Assembly: GCA_026387355.1 (NCBI GenBank)
Contig: JAPLLW010000006.1
Coordinates: forward strand, 23,362 to 87,361
DNA: 64,000 nucleotides
DNA from: Candidatus Omnitrophota bacterium
GTDB taxonomy: Bacteria; Omnitrophota; Gorgyraeia; Gygaellales; Profunditerraquicolaceae
Reading direction: 5' to 3'
Below are positions 1-9,673 of this stretch, piece by piece. The notes below the pieces were generated by a model. That model was not told the DNA's origin. It worked only from the letters and a program-made list of their open reading frames with translations, and did not search any database. How positions within the stretch are numbered: position 1 is the stretch's first letter; each line of letters begins with the position of its first letter. The translations under genes were made by a program, and so were the position numbers.

Positions 1-2
1 CT

Positions 3-131
3 TATTTTAACTTAAATCGCCTTGAAGATGCGTATGGGCAATTTGAGCGGGCGTTAGACATTGACCCTAATTATAAGGAAGCGGAGAAATTCCTAAGACG
101 CATAGAAGGTACCCTTAATTACCAGCCGTAA
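3..131 (+). CDS. 3' end of a TPR-containing protein (partial, runs off the window)
   Basis: Manual translation YFNLNRLEDAYGQFERALDIDPNYKEAEKFLRRIEGTLNYQP*; ALxIDPxY is a TPR signature. Confidence 0.7.
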   Translation, partial: YFNLNRLEDAYGQFERALDIDPNYKEAEKFLRRIEGTLNYQP

Positions 132-143
132 TATCTTTAAATA

Positions 144-1247
144 ATGCAAAAGAAAATAGTCATAATCGGAGCAGGGCCAGTGGGTTGTTATTTGGCTCAA
201 TTATTAAAGAGGCAGGGACTTAGCCCCATTCTTATAGAAGAACATGCGCAGGTGGGTAGGCCTGTACACTGCACTGGACTTGTTGGCAGTAGGCTCTTCG
301 AAGAGATAAAACATCTTACGCTTCCTAAAGATGTAATGGTTAATATTATCAACGGGGCTGTTATTTATTATAATAATCATAGTTTTACTTTAAAAAGGAA
401 AGCGGTTGCTTATGTTGTTGATCGAGAAAGATTTGATAAAGAACTAAGCCGGGATTTAAATATATACCACGAGCATAGATTTGTAGGTCTTGAGAGAGAA
501 AAAAACGAATATTTGGTTAGTACTGATCGCGGTGAATTCTACGCGGATATTGTAATTGGTGCGGATGGTGCTAATTCTGTCGTCAGGAAGCTTATTCGTC
601 AGGATGTAGGACTGAAGTATGGTAAAGGTCTACAGTTAAGGATGAGGATTAAGTCAAGGCATAATAATTTAGTAGAGGTATTTTTAATGAAAGGGTCTTT
701 CTTTTGGATTGTCCCGGAAGGCAAAGGAATTGTTCGAGTGGGGACAATATCCAACAATCCGCATAAGGACATATATGAGTTCTTAAGTTCGGCAGGAATT
801 AAGGGAGAGGTCATAGATAAATTTGGAGGACTAGTGACTACTGGTGTATGTAAGAATACAGTGCAGGATAATATTGTTTTGGTAGGGGGTGCCGCCTGTC
901 AACTTAAACCACTCTCTTATGGGGGAGTATATCTTGGTTTAAAAGCAGCAGATATCTTGGCTACTTGCATAAGAAATAACTCTCTTAATAAATATGATTT
1001 ACTTTGGAAGAAGGAGTTTTTGTCTGAGATAAAGATAGGCCTTAAAGCTAGTGACTTGTATAATCGCATGGACAATAAGGAGATCAACCTAGTTTTTAAT
1101 TTCTTAAAGAAACAAAAATCTTTTATTGAGAAATCAGGAGATTTTGAAAAGCATAGCAGTCTTTTGTTGCAGTTAATCAGAAACCCAGCTATTTATCCAC
1201 AATTGGGAAGTTTATTTAAGATCTTTCTAAAGGGGATCCTGTATTAG
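144..1247 (+). CDS. Geranylgeranyl reductase-family FAD-dependent oxidoreductase
   Basis: GAGPVG Rossmann motif, PVHCTG, DRERFD, GADGANS. Confidence 0.8.
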   Translation: MQKKIVIIGAGPVGCYLAQLLKRQGLSPILIEEHAQVGRPVHCTGLVGSRLFEEIKHLTLPKDVMVNIINGAVIYYNNHSFTLKRKAVAYVVDRERFDKELSRDLNIYHEHRFVGLEREKNEYLVSTDRGEFYADIVIGADGANSVVRKLIRQDVGLKYGKGLQLRMRIKSRHNNLVEVFLMKGSFFWIVPEGKGIVRVGTISNNPHKDIYEFLSSAGIKGEVIDKFGGLVTTGVCKNTVQDNIVLVGGAACQLKPLSYGGVYLGLKAADILATCIRNNSLNKYDLLWKKEFLSEIKIGLKASDLYNRMDNKEINLVFNFLKKQKSFIEKSGDFEKHSSLLLQLIRNPAIYPQLGSLFKIFLKGILY

Positions 1248-2568
1248 TTATATCCCGCCTCTTATCCATTACAAATACGCTTCCTTCGATTGCTTTAGCT
1301 TTCTTTTTGATTTCAGCAGCAATATTAGTTGCTTCAGCGTAGCTGGTTATATTGCGGTTTTCATTACTTACTCCAGCAAGAGAAATAGTCATAATCGGAA
1401 ATTGCTTAATCGAGTTATCTCTGGCATGCGCTATGATATACCCTTGTTTTAAATCTTCTTGATTATATAGGGAACGCACGCGTTTATCAAATTCGCTTAT
1501 AATTACATCAGTAACCTTTTGGGCTTTATCAGGCGTAGTTATAAGTATAAAATCGTCACCACCTTCGTGGCCAAGAAAATCATAGGAATTTCCTTGTGAT
1601 TGACAGGCTACTTTGAATACGTCAGCGGTAAGCTTAATTGCCTCGTCTCCTTTACCGATGCCGTATTTATCATTAAAAGCCTTAAAATTATCCAGATCAC
1701 AATATACAAGCGTGAATGTTTGCTGGTTTTGGATTCTTTTTTCAATTTCTTCCTGTATAATGATATTACCCGGTAGCTTTGTCAAGGGATTTGCGTTTTC
1801 CGCTCGTTCCTTCATTTTGATAAGTTGTAAGGTCATAAAATTAAATGTCTGGCCAAGCTCTTCAAGTTCATCTTTAGTGTTTATATTAATTCTTACAGTA
1901 AGATCGCCGTCAGCGATTATTTTGGTAACTTTGTTTAATACCATTATCGGTCCGACCACAGTTTTAGAGAGTATATAGCCAAAGATAATATTTGCCAGGA
2001 TAATAAGAATAATCGCCATAAATATGGGCTTGTAAACTGTGGCGAGCGCATCTTGTACGCTGGCGAAGGGAAAAGTAGATTTTGCTGCATAAGTCAGCGC
2101 TCCTTGCGGGTCTAATTTTATTGCTATGTATATATTGATTTCTTGTTTTTGTTTATCGATCTCCGCCAGAAACCACTTTCCTGTCTGCGAATATGATTTA
2201 AGTTTCTCCAGCGCGCTAAGACTTTTAAAAGTTACGCTTCCCCCTTTAAGGCTATCGTCAGTCGAGGCAACTATTGTGCCAAATTGGTCAAAAATTGTAG
2301 TATCTTTTATGATACCGAAATTTATTAATTGCACAAGGCTGCTCTGTATATAGGCGCTTACATCATTTGCAGGCACCTTTCTTATCACTGTCTCAAGGTT
2401 ATCTTTTAGTATTGCTGCTGAGAGATTCGCCTGGTAGGTATTGTAACGGTTAATGTTGGTGATCTGATTATTTATTTGGATAAAAGTAAATACACCGATA
2501 AAGAGGATGGAGGATATGACCATTAAGGTCGTAATGCGGTTCTGCAAAGTTAGCTTTAGTTCAGACAT
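1216..2568 (-). CDS. Membrane-bound HAMP-GGDEF diguanylate cyclase
   Basis: Two TM segments, HAMP (GDLTVR..DELEELG..FN), NPLTKLPG, DLDNFKAFND, GGDDF. Confidence 0.88.
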   Translation of the reverse strand: MSELKLTLQNRITTLMVISSILFIGVFTFIQINNQITNINRYNTYQANLSAAILKDNLETVIRKVPANDVSAYIQSSLVQLINFGIIKDTTIFDQFGTIVASTDDSLKGGSVTFKSLSALEKLKSYSQTGKWFLAEIDKQKQEINIYIAIKLDPQGALTYAAKSTFPFASVQDALATVYKPIFMAIILIILANIIFGYILSKTVVGPIMVLNKVTKIIADGDLTVRININTKDELEELGQTFNFMTLQLIKMKERAENANPLTKLPGNIIIQEEIEKRIQNQQTFTLVYCDLDNFKAFNDKYGIGKGDEAIKLTADVFKVACQSQGNSYDFLGHEGGDDFILITTPDKAQKVTDVIISEFDKRVRSLYNQEDLKQGYIIAHARDNSIKQFPIMTISLAGVSNENRNITSYAEATNIAAEIKKKAKAIEGSVFVMDKRRDITNTGSPLERS

Positions 2569-2574
2569 GTTTTT

Positions 2575-2603
2575 AGTATATTATCAAGATTAGCTTGTGT
2601 CAA
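2575..2603 (-). promoter_or_regulatory. Sigma70-type promoter of the GGDEF gene (TTGACA-17-TATACT)
   Basis: tgtcaa at 2598-2603 and agtata at 2575-2580 on the + strand; the ATG lies 6 nt past the -10 box. Confidence 0.7.
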
Positions 2604-2655
2604 GGTCAAATTTCTGTTGCATTACTTAGGTAAAGTGATAAATTATACTATAACT

Positions 2656-3834
2656 ATGAATAAGAAATTCAGCGTAATTCTTATCGCTTTTTTTTGGGTA
2701 ACTTTATTTATAAGCCTAGATTTGGCATATAGTAAGAATCTACCCGCTTTATTGGTTTTTCATTCGCCATCCTGCCACAAATGCCTTCAGGTCGAAAAAG
2801 AAATTTTGCCGGGAATAGAAAAAGAATACAAAGGCAGAATCAAAATCGAATATTATGATATTACGGATATAAATAATTATACATTTCTACTTGGGCTTAG
2901 AGATAAATACAATAAGAATCTAGAACTTACCCTTCCGGTTTTCTTTGCCGCGGGTAATTTAATAAATAGCAAAGGTGACCTAAAAGTCAATCTTAGTTTG
3001 CTTATGGTTTCTATCTTAGGCAAGGTCAGCAAAGACGAAAGTTTGCCTGGGGTAGATCTAGTAAATCATTTTAACAGTTTCAAGCCTATTGCCATTGCAG
3101 GTTCAGGGCTTGCCGACGGTATTAACCCGTGCGCTTTTACAGTAATCGTTTTCTTTATCTCTTATTTAGCTTTACAGGGTTATAGAAAGAGAGAGCTTAT
3201 CGTTATTGGGACAACTTTTATAGCTGCGGTCTTCCTTACTTATCTTTTATTAGGTCTGGGTATTTTTAATTTTCTTTATCAGCTTGCTAATTTTTGGAGA
3301 GTGATCAAGATTTTTAACATTTTAATTGGTGCATTTAGCGTTGCATTAGGCCTATTGGCTATTTATGATTTCTTCCTCTTTAGGAAAACACAAGATGCGC
3401 AAGGTTTAATTTTGCAATTACCAAAGTCAGTAAAGAATCGCATCCATTCTGTAATCGGTTTATTCTATCGAAAGACAAAAGATTTTAGTTTTTCTAACGA
3501 GCTACGCGTATCGAATCTGCCAAAGTTAATAATCAGCGCATTTATTACTGGTTTTTTAGTCTCTATACTAGAGGCAGTATGCACAGGGCAACTTTATTTA
3601 CCGACGATAACATTTATCCTTAAGACCACCCCCTATAAATTTAAGGCCTTAATCTATCTGATAGTCTATAATATTATGTTTATTCTTCCGTTGTTTGTAA
3701 TATTTGTGCTTGCCTTATTCGGTGTTACTTCTGCACAATTTGCGAAATTCTTGGGAAAGCATATGCCAAAGATTAAGATCATTATGGCAATATTCTTCAT
3801 TAGTTTAGGTGTATTTTTAATTTGGAGGGCGTAA
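2656..3834 (+). CDS. Thioredoxin-like domain fused to a CcdA/DsbD-type transmembrane domain
   Basis: N-terminal signal/TM, CHKC, then DGINPCAF and LEAVCTGQ in a multi-TM domain; ATG 2656 preferred over TTG 2617. Confidence 0.75.
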   Translation: MNKKFSVILIAFFWVTLFISLDLAYSKNLPALLVFHSPSCHKCLQVEKEILPGIEKEYKGRIKIEYYDITDINNYTFLLGLRDKYNKNLELTLPVFFAAGNLINSKGDLKVNLSLLMVSILGKVSKDESLPGVDLVNHFNSFKPIAIAGSGLADGINPCAFTVIVFFISYLALQGYRKRELIVIGTTFIAAVFLTYLLLGLGIFNFLYQLANFWRVIKIFNILIGAFSVALGLLAIYDFFLFRKTQDAQGLILQLPKSVKNRIHSVIGLFYRKTKDFSFSNELRVSNLPKLIISAFITGFLVSILEAVCTGQLYLPTITFILKTTPYKFKALIYLIVYNIMFILPLFVIFVLALFGVTSAQFAKFLGKHMPKIKIIMAIFFISLGVFLIWRA

Positions 3835-3836
3835 GT

Positions 3837-4250
3837 ATGTTTAGGGTTTATTTGATGATTATCCTGGGTATGCTGATTTTTACGGGTTGCAATACATTAA
3901 AAGCTGAGAAGACGACTTCCGTTGAAAAGGCTCAAGGTAGTGTAGTTTCTAGCCCGTATCTTTGGGATTTTGGCCGTGTTAAACAGGGCGAGGTTCTAAA
4001 GCACGATTTTGTTTTTAGAAATGAATCAAAGATTTTATTAAATATTAAAGATGCGGTTTCTTCCTGCGGGTGTACTGTTTCAGAGGCTGGGAAGAAAGTA
4101 CTTTTGCCGGGGGAGAGCACCTTAATTAAAGTAAAATTTGACCCCGCCGGTTATTTAGGGTCAGTGCAGCAGTTTATTTATGTGAATACGGATAGTCTTG
4201 AGAATCCGGTAATCAAATTTATAATTAAAGCTGAAGTTAGTAGGCAATAA
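3837..4250 (+). CDS. DUF1573 Ig-like lipoprotein
   Basis: Lipobox FTGC, DFG.V..G, SSCGCT, L.PGES. Confidence 0.75.
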   Translation: MFRVYLMIILGMLIFTGCNTLKAEKTTSVEKAQGSVVSSPYLWDFGRVKQGEVLKHDFVFRNESKILLNIKDAVSSCGCTVSEAGKKVLLPGESTLIKVKFDPAGYLGSVQQFIYVNTDSLENPVIKFIIKAEVSRQ

Positions 4251-4270
4251 ATAAAGGAGGTAGGTTTAAA

Positions 4271-5233
4271 ATGTGGTCTTTACAATTAAGAATGTGGTTA
4301 CTGTTGACAATTTTATTTGGTTTTATCTATGCGCTGGTAGTAGTTGTAGGAAAGACATTTCTGCACGTAGGCGATTTTAGCTTTTACTTAATCATATCGC
4401 TGGTCTTAATGTTTATCCAATACATGATCGGTCCCAAGATTGTAGAGTGGACTATGCATGTTAAGTATATTAAGAAAAGCGATAATCCCAGATTATTCCA
4501 GATGGTTGAGAGTCTAGCTATGCAGGCAAATATTCCTGTTCCTAAGATTGGTATTGCCCAGATCGATATTCCTAATGCCTTTGCTTTTGGTAGAAGCATA
4601 GGGGACGGAAGAGTCTGCGTTACACAAGGGATTTTAAACTTGCTTAGCGACGATGAATTGAGGGCAGTTTTAGGCCATGAATTAAGTCATCTAAGGAACA
4701 GGGATGTATTAACTATTACCCTTTTATCTGTTATACCAATGATTATGTATAGAATCGCTTGGCAGTTTCTTTTTTATGGCCGTAGGCGCGATGAAAGAGG
4801 AGGGAATACTATTTTAATTGGCCTGGCAGCTTTTATTTTTTACTTTATCACTAATCTTTTGGTGCTTTATGCCTCGCGCATTCGCGAATATTTTGCAGAT
4901 AAGGGTTCGGTGGCGTTAGGGAACAAGCCTTCAGCGCTTGCTTCTAGTCTTTATAAGCTTGTTTATGGTTCTGCGCGTATGAGCCCGGAATCCCTCAAGC
5001 AGACTGAAGGCTTAAAGGCATTTTTTGTTAATGATCCATCTCAAGCAAAAAAGGAGATATGCGATTTAGCTCAACTTGATCTAGATAAAAGCGGCACAAT
5101 CGATCCTTCGGAATTAGAGCTTTTAAGAAATAAAAGCGTACACTTAGGATTAGGTGATAAGTTGATGGAGTTGTTAAGTACGCATCCCAATATGCTAAAG
5201 CGTATCAAGAGGCTCTCGGAATACAAAATTTAA
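4271..5233 (+). CDS. htpX: Zinc metalloprotease HtpX (M48)
   Basis: PNAFAFG, HELSH, SRIREYFAD, STHP; SD aggagg. Confidence 0.9.
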   Translation: MWSLQLRMWLLLTILFGFIYALVVVVGKTFLHVGDFSFYLIISLVLMFIQYMIGPKIVEWTMHVKYIKKSDNPRLFQMVESLAMQANIPVPKIGIAQIDIPNAFAFGRSIGDGRVCVTQGILNLLSDDELRAVLGHELSHLRNRDVLTITLLSVIPMIMYRIAWQFLFYGRRRDERGGNTILIGLAAFIFYFITNLLVLYASRIREYFADKGSVALGNKPSALASSLYKLVYGSARMSPESLKQTEGLKAFFVNDPSQAKKEICDLAQLDLDKSGTIDPSELELLRNKSVHLGLGDKLMELLSTHPNMLKRIKRLSEYKI

Positions 5234-5247
5234 GTTCACGCTTTCTT

Positions 5248-6036
5248 CTACGTCTTAAATCTTACATAGATATCGCCGAATAATACATTGTTTTCCCTGT
5301 ATGTCATAAGCAATTCTATTGCCTCGTCTGGATTATCTAGCCAATCACGAAGTTCTAGCGCCATTGATTCTTTCAGAGAGTAATTCAGCTGAAATTTGCC
5401 TAAAGTTGCAAGATATTTTATGCATTTTATCGTTGATTCAATATATTCGGGAGTAAACTCAAAAGAAATTAAAGGCGTAGGTTTTGTTAAGCCTCTTAAA
5501 ACCTCATATTCATACCCTTCAACATCAATCTTTATGAATGAAGGAGTCCCATATTTGTTTATTAAGTAATCCAGGGTAATTATTGAAATCGGTTGTTTCT
5601 TATCCCAATTTTGGTTCGGGAATCGGCCGCTCTTCTTAACTTTCTCAATCCATTCATTAGATAAAGAAGAGAGAAGGCGGGAGCTACATATGCATATTTC
5701 ACCCTTGCCCGTTTTTTCTCCAAGAGCTGCTTTAATTATTTTTACATTACGTACGCCCAAAAAACTAACTTTTAGGAAATTAATACATAAATCTTGAGGT
5801 TCAACAGCTATCACAGTTGCGCTCAGATAGGAAAATATTTTTGTTCTGTTGCCTAAATTTGCTCCAATATCAAAAGTAAGGTCGCCTCGTTTAATAAATT
5901 CAGAGTAGAACTCGACCATTTTCTTGTCTTGTTTATTAAAGCGATATGTCGAAAGTCTTATTTTACAAATTCTTAGTAAGTTATATAAAGAAAGCCACTT
6001 GATAATTATTACCGCTAACCGTATAAGTTTTTTCAT
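5248..6036 (-). CDS. FkbM-family methyltransferase
   Basis: FDIGANLG, AVEPQ, FIKIDVEGYE. Confidence 0.85.
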   Translation of the reverse strand: MKKLIRLAVIIIKWLSLYNLLRICKIRLSTYRFNKQDKKMVEFYSEFIKRGDLTFDIGANLGNRTKIFSYLSATVIAVEPQDLCINFLKVSFLGVRNVKIIKAALGEKTGKGEICICSSRLLSSLSNEWIEKVKKSGRFPNQNWDKKQPISIITLDYLINKYGTPSFIKIDVEGYEYEVLRGLTKPTPLISFEFTPEYIESTIKCIKYLATLGKFQLNYSLKESMALELRDWLDNPDEAIELLMTYRENNVLFGDIYVRFKT

Positions 6037-6175
6037 ATAAATATGTTTAAACTCGCTATATTCAGAAAATCTATATTAACTAAATTTAATACTTTCAGTA
6101 TATCATAGGTGTATTTATTAGCAAGTTTATTCCAAAAATATTAGAAACGTGGGTAAGAATAGGGGGTTGGGTTAA

Positions 6176-6211
6176 AAATGGAGGGTCAGAATTAATTCTG
6201 ACCCTCCATTT
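6176..6211. repeat. Perfect 36-bp palindrome (REP-like)
   Basis: AAATGGAGGGTCAGAATTAATTCTGACCCTCCATTT equals its own reverse complement. Confidence 0.9.
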
Positions 6212-6223
6212 CCCTTTCTTTAA

Positions 6224-6252
6224 TTGACATAACCCTAATTCTACTATATAAT
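6224..6252 (+). promoter_or_regulatory. Consensus sigma70 promoter of the lysS operon (TTGACA-17-TATAAT)
   Basis: Perfect -35 and -10 boxes, 17-bp spacer, 9 nt before the ATG. Confidence 0.85.
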
Positions 6253-6261
6253 TATAAAACT

Positions 6262-7707
6262 ATGGAATTAAACGAACTAATAGAACAAAGAAAGGCCAAG
6301 GCACAAGCGCTTAAGGAAAAAGGTGTAACTTTGTATCCTTCTAAGACTGCTGCTCATGTTGCCATAGGTCAGGTTTTGGTTGATTTTCAGGAGGGTAAAA
6401 AGGCAACTTTTTGCGGAAGGATTATCGCTAAGCGTTCGCATGGAAAAGCTGCTTTTATGGATTTAAGGGATTCAACCGGTAAGATCCAGCTTTACCTTAA
6501 GCAGGATATGGTTCCGGAAGAGTCATTTCTTGTCTTTTCGAATATTGATATTGCTGATTTTGTTCAGGCAGAAGGAGAGCTTTTTAAGACACATACTGGG
6601 GAGCCTACCTTAAAAGTAGAGAAGCTATTTCTTCTCTCTAAAACCCTCAGACCCTTACCTGAGAAGTGGCATGGTTTGCGTGATGTCGATATCCGTTATC
6701 GACAGCGCTACCTTGATTTGATTTCAAATGAAGAGGTGGGTAAGGTTTTTAAGGCTCGTTCAAAGATTATTAGCTTGACTAGAGATTTCTTTGAGCAGAG
6801 GGATTTTCTAGAGGTTGAGACGCCAATGATGCATTCTATCGCCGGAGGAGCTGCCGGTAGGCCTTTTAAAACACATCATAATGAATATAGTATGGATTTA
6901 TTTTTAAGAATTGCGCCTGAGTTATATCTAAAGCGACTTTTAGTCGCAGGTATTGACCGGGTTTACGAAATAAATCGATCTTTCCGTAACGAAGGCATCT
7001 CTACTCGGCATAATCCGGAATTTACTATGCTTGAGGTTTATCAGGCTTATTCTGATTATGAAGGTATGATGCATTTGGTAGAGAGTTTAATTGTTTCGTT
7101 AGTGCAGGAGATGCACGGAAAAACAATTATAAGTTATCAGGGTAAATTTATAGACTTTACTCCTCCATGGAAGAGGGTCTCTTTTGCGGATTTGGTAAAA
7201 GATAAGTTTGGGATCCTGCCTTCTGATAATGAATTTACCATGCTTAATAAGCTTAAAGAAAAAGGTTTTGCTAAAGAAGTAAATAGGCTCTCCCGAACCC
7301 AGATCGCCAAGATTATTGAAGAGGTTTTAGAGGGTACGATGGGCTTGAATCCTACCTTTGTAACGGATTATTTCACCAGCATGTGTCCTTTAGCTAAAAC
7401 AAAGATTGATGAGCCTTTGATTTCAGAGAGATTTGAACTTTTCATTGCCGGTCTTGAGGTGGGGAATGCTTATTCAGAGTTAAATGATCCTACTGAGCAG
7501 AGGAAGCGCTTTAGCGAGGAGATTAATGAGCTTACTCCTGACGAAAAGAAGAGTATTGATGATGATTATATATTAGCATTAGAGCACGGGATGCCTCCGG
7601 CAGGAGGCCTCGGCATTGGGATAGACAGGCTTGTGATGCTGCTAACTGACCAGGCCTCAATTAGAGACGTTATTTTATTCCCACTTTTGAGGTCGGAACA
7701 AGAATAA
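6262..7707 (+). CDS. lysS: Lysine--tRNA ligase (class II)
   Basis: LPEKWHGL, YRQRYLDL, GGAAGRPF, FRNEG..HNPEF, GLGIGIDRL. Confidence 0.97.
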   Translation: MELNELIEQRKAKAQALKEKGVTLYPSKTAAHVAIGQVLVDFQEGKKATFCGRIIAKRSHGKAAFMDLRDSTGKIQLYLKQDMVPEESFLVFSNIDIADFVQAEGELFKTHTGEPTLKVEKLFLLSKTLRPLPEKWHGLRDVDIRYRQRYLDLISNEEVGKVFKARSKIISLTRDFFEQRDFLEVETPMMHSIAGGAAGRPFKTHHNEYSMDLFLRIAPELYLKRLLVAGIDRVYEINRSFRNEGISTRHNPEFTMLEVYQAYSDYEGMMHLVESLIVSLVQEMHGKTIISYQGKFIDFTPPWKRVSFADLVKDKFGILPSDNEFTMLNKLKEKGFAKEVNRLSRTQIAKIIEEVLEGTMGLNPTFVTDYFTSMCPLAKTKIDEPLISERFELFIAGLEVGNAYSELNDPTEQRKRFSEEINELTPDEKKSIDDDYILALEHGMPPAGGLGIGIDRLVMLLTDQASIRDVILFPLLRSEQE

Positions 7708-7709
7708 TA

Positions 7710-7790
7710 TGAACCCCGCCCCTGCTTATAATTCAGGCATTAAAGGCGTACGGTTTAATGAATTAATTAAAAAGGCAGGGGCGGGGTGAA
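7710..7790. mobile_element. MITE/REP-like insertion with 13-bp inverted repeats at the lolC/E start codon
   Basis: ACCCCGCCCCTGC (7713-7725) and GCAGGGGCGGGGT (7775-7787); TGAA on both sides. Confidence 0.6.
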
Positions 7791-8976
7791 TACCGAATTA
7801 ATGATTAGCTGGCGATACCTAGCGACCAAGAGAAAAGAAAAATTTATCTCTCTAATTAGCGTAATTTCTATTTTTGGGATAGCGATAGGAGTTATGGCCT
7901 TAATTGTGGTTATTGCGGTTATGACTGGTTTTGATAAAGATCTGCACGATAAGATTGTGGGAAATTATTCACATATAACATTGAGTAGTTATAAGGCTAT
8001 AGATAATAATGAGTTTGAGGATATAGCCAAAACGATCTCCTTAAATAAGCATGTAATAGGGGTTAGTCCTTATCTCCAAGGCCAAGTTTTAGTTAAAGAG
8101 GGAAACAAATTCTTTGCAGTTGGCTTAAAAGGGGTAGACCCAACCTTAGAAACCAAGGTCACCAAGGTGAAAGATTATATCGTGCAAGGGAGTATTGCTA
8201 ATTTAAGTTCAGATGGAATTATAATCGGAAAAGAGCTGGCTAATTATTTAGGGATAGGTTTAAATTCTAACCTTAGCCTTAATTCGGCCTCGGGTAAACA
8301 ATATAATCTAAAAGTAGTCGGGATTTTTAACTCTGGCATGTACGAGTATGATCTTAACTTGATTTTTACGCATTTAAAAAATGCTCAAACTATCTTTGGC
8401 CTGCCTAATCAGATAAGCGCAGTTGCAATAAAGCTGGATAACCCGGATCTGGTTAATTCTGTTAAGCTGGACCTTTCAAACCGGCTTGGTTTTAATTATA
8501 ATTTCAAGACTTGGATGGAGGCGAATCAGAATTTCTTTGCTGCGTTAAAGCTAGAAAAGTTGACGATGTTTATAATTTTGGCATTAATTATATTGGTTGC
8601 ATCGTTTAATATTATCAGTACTTTGATTGTTATGGTTGTAGAGAAGACTAAGGATATCGGGATACTTAAGGCGCTTGGTATGAGCTCTGCCGGTATTAGA
8701 AGGGTGTTTACTTATCAGGGTCTGACTATCGGGATGCTCGGTATATTCCTGGGCGGGTTAAGCGGATTTACTATTTGTACTTTGCTCAAAAAATATCAGT
8801 TTATAAAATTACCGCAGGATATATATTATATTGATCGGCTTCCGGTAGCCATCCAGTTTTGGCCGGATATAGTTTTAATTATCGCATGCGCCATGGTTAT
8901 TGTCCTAGCTTCTACCATATACCCTGCGATGAGGGCATCTAGACTTAAGCCGGTGGAAGCGCTTAGATACGAATAG
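7786..8976 (+). CDS. lolC: Lipoprotein-releasing ABC transporter permease LolC/E
   Basis: ISVISIFGIAIGV, FNIISTL.VMV.EK..DIGILKALG, P.EALRYE. Confidence 0.9.
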   Translation: MNTELMISWRYLATKRKEKFISLISVISIFGIAIGVMALIVVIAVMTGFDKDLHDKIVGNYSHITLSSYKAIDNNEFEDIAKTISLNKHVIGVSPYLQGQVLVKEGNKFFAVGLKGVDPTLETKVTKVKDYIVQGSIANLSSDGIIIGKELANYLGIGLNSNLSLNSASGKQYNLKVVGIFNSGMYEYDLNLIFTHLKNAQTIFGLPNQISAVAIKLDNPDLVNSVKLDLSNRLGFNYNFKTWMEANQNFFAALKLEKLTMFIILALIILVASFNIISTLIVMVVEKTKDIGILKALGMSSAGIRRVFTYQGLTIGMLGIFLGGLSGFTICTLLKKYQFIKLPQDIYYIDRLPVAIQFWPDIVLIIACAMVIVLASTIYPAMRASRLKPVEALRYE

Positions 8977-8985
8977 AGGAAACAT

Positions 8986-9651
8986 TTGTTAGAGGCTAAG
9001 AATTTACATAAAGTTTATAACGACGGGAAAAGGGATCTTCAGGTCCTAAAGGGTATTGAAATAAAGATTGAGAAGGCTAAGTTTATTGCTATCGTAGGGC
9101 CTTCGGGAGCTGGTAAATCTACTCTTTTGCATATTTTAGGAGGATTGGATTCTCCAACAAGCGGTGAAGTTATGTTTCAAGGAGAGGATATTTATAAATT
9201 AAGCGATTTAGAGTTGGCTAAAGTTAGGAATAGAAAAATAGGCTTTGTTTTCCAGTTTTACCATCTGCTTTCTGAATTTACGGTTTTAGAGAATGTGCTT
9301 ATGCCGTCTTTATTAGGAGATACCAAGAGGATTAATTTAAGAGAGAATGCGCTTGAGTTTTTGACCCAGGTAGGTTTAGGGGAGAGATTAACACATTTCC
9401 CAAGCCAGCTTTCTGGTGGAGAAAAGCAGCGCGTAGCGATTGTGCGAAGTTTAATAAATAATCCTGAGCTACTTCTTTGCGACGAGCCGACTGGTAATTT
9501 GGATTCTAAGTCTGGCGAGGAGGTAATTGCGATGATTAAAAAAGTGAATGCAGTAAGCCAGACAACAATACTTTTAGTTACGCACAATCTAGATTTGGCT
9601 AAATCAGCAGACAGGGTTTATCATTTGAAGGATGGTAGCCTAATTAATTAG
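8986..9651 (+). CDS. lolD: Lipoprotein-releasing ABC transporter ATPase LolD
   Basis: GPSGAGKST, GFVFQFYHL, LSGGEKQR, DEPTGNLD. Confidence 0.9.
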   Translation: MLEAKNLHKVYNDGKRDLQVLKGIEIKIEKAKFIAIVGPSGAGKSTLLHILGGLDSPTSGEVMFQGEDIYKLSDLELAKVRNRKIGFVFQFYHLLSEFTVLENVLMPSLLGDTKRINLRENALEFLTQVGLGERLTHFPSQLSGGEKQRVAIVRSLINNPELLLCDEPTGNLDSKSGEEVIAMIKKVNAVSQTTILLVTHNLDLAKSADRVYHLKDGSLIN

Positions 9652-9673
9652 CAAAATTTCTCAAGGAGGCAAG

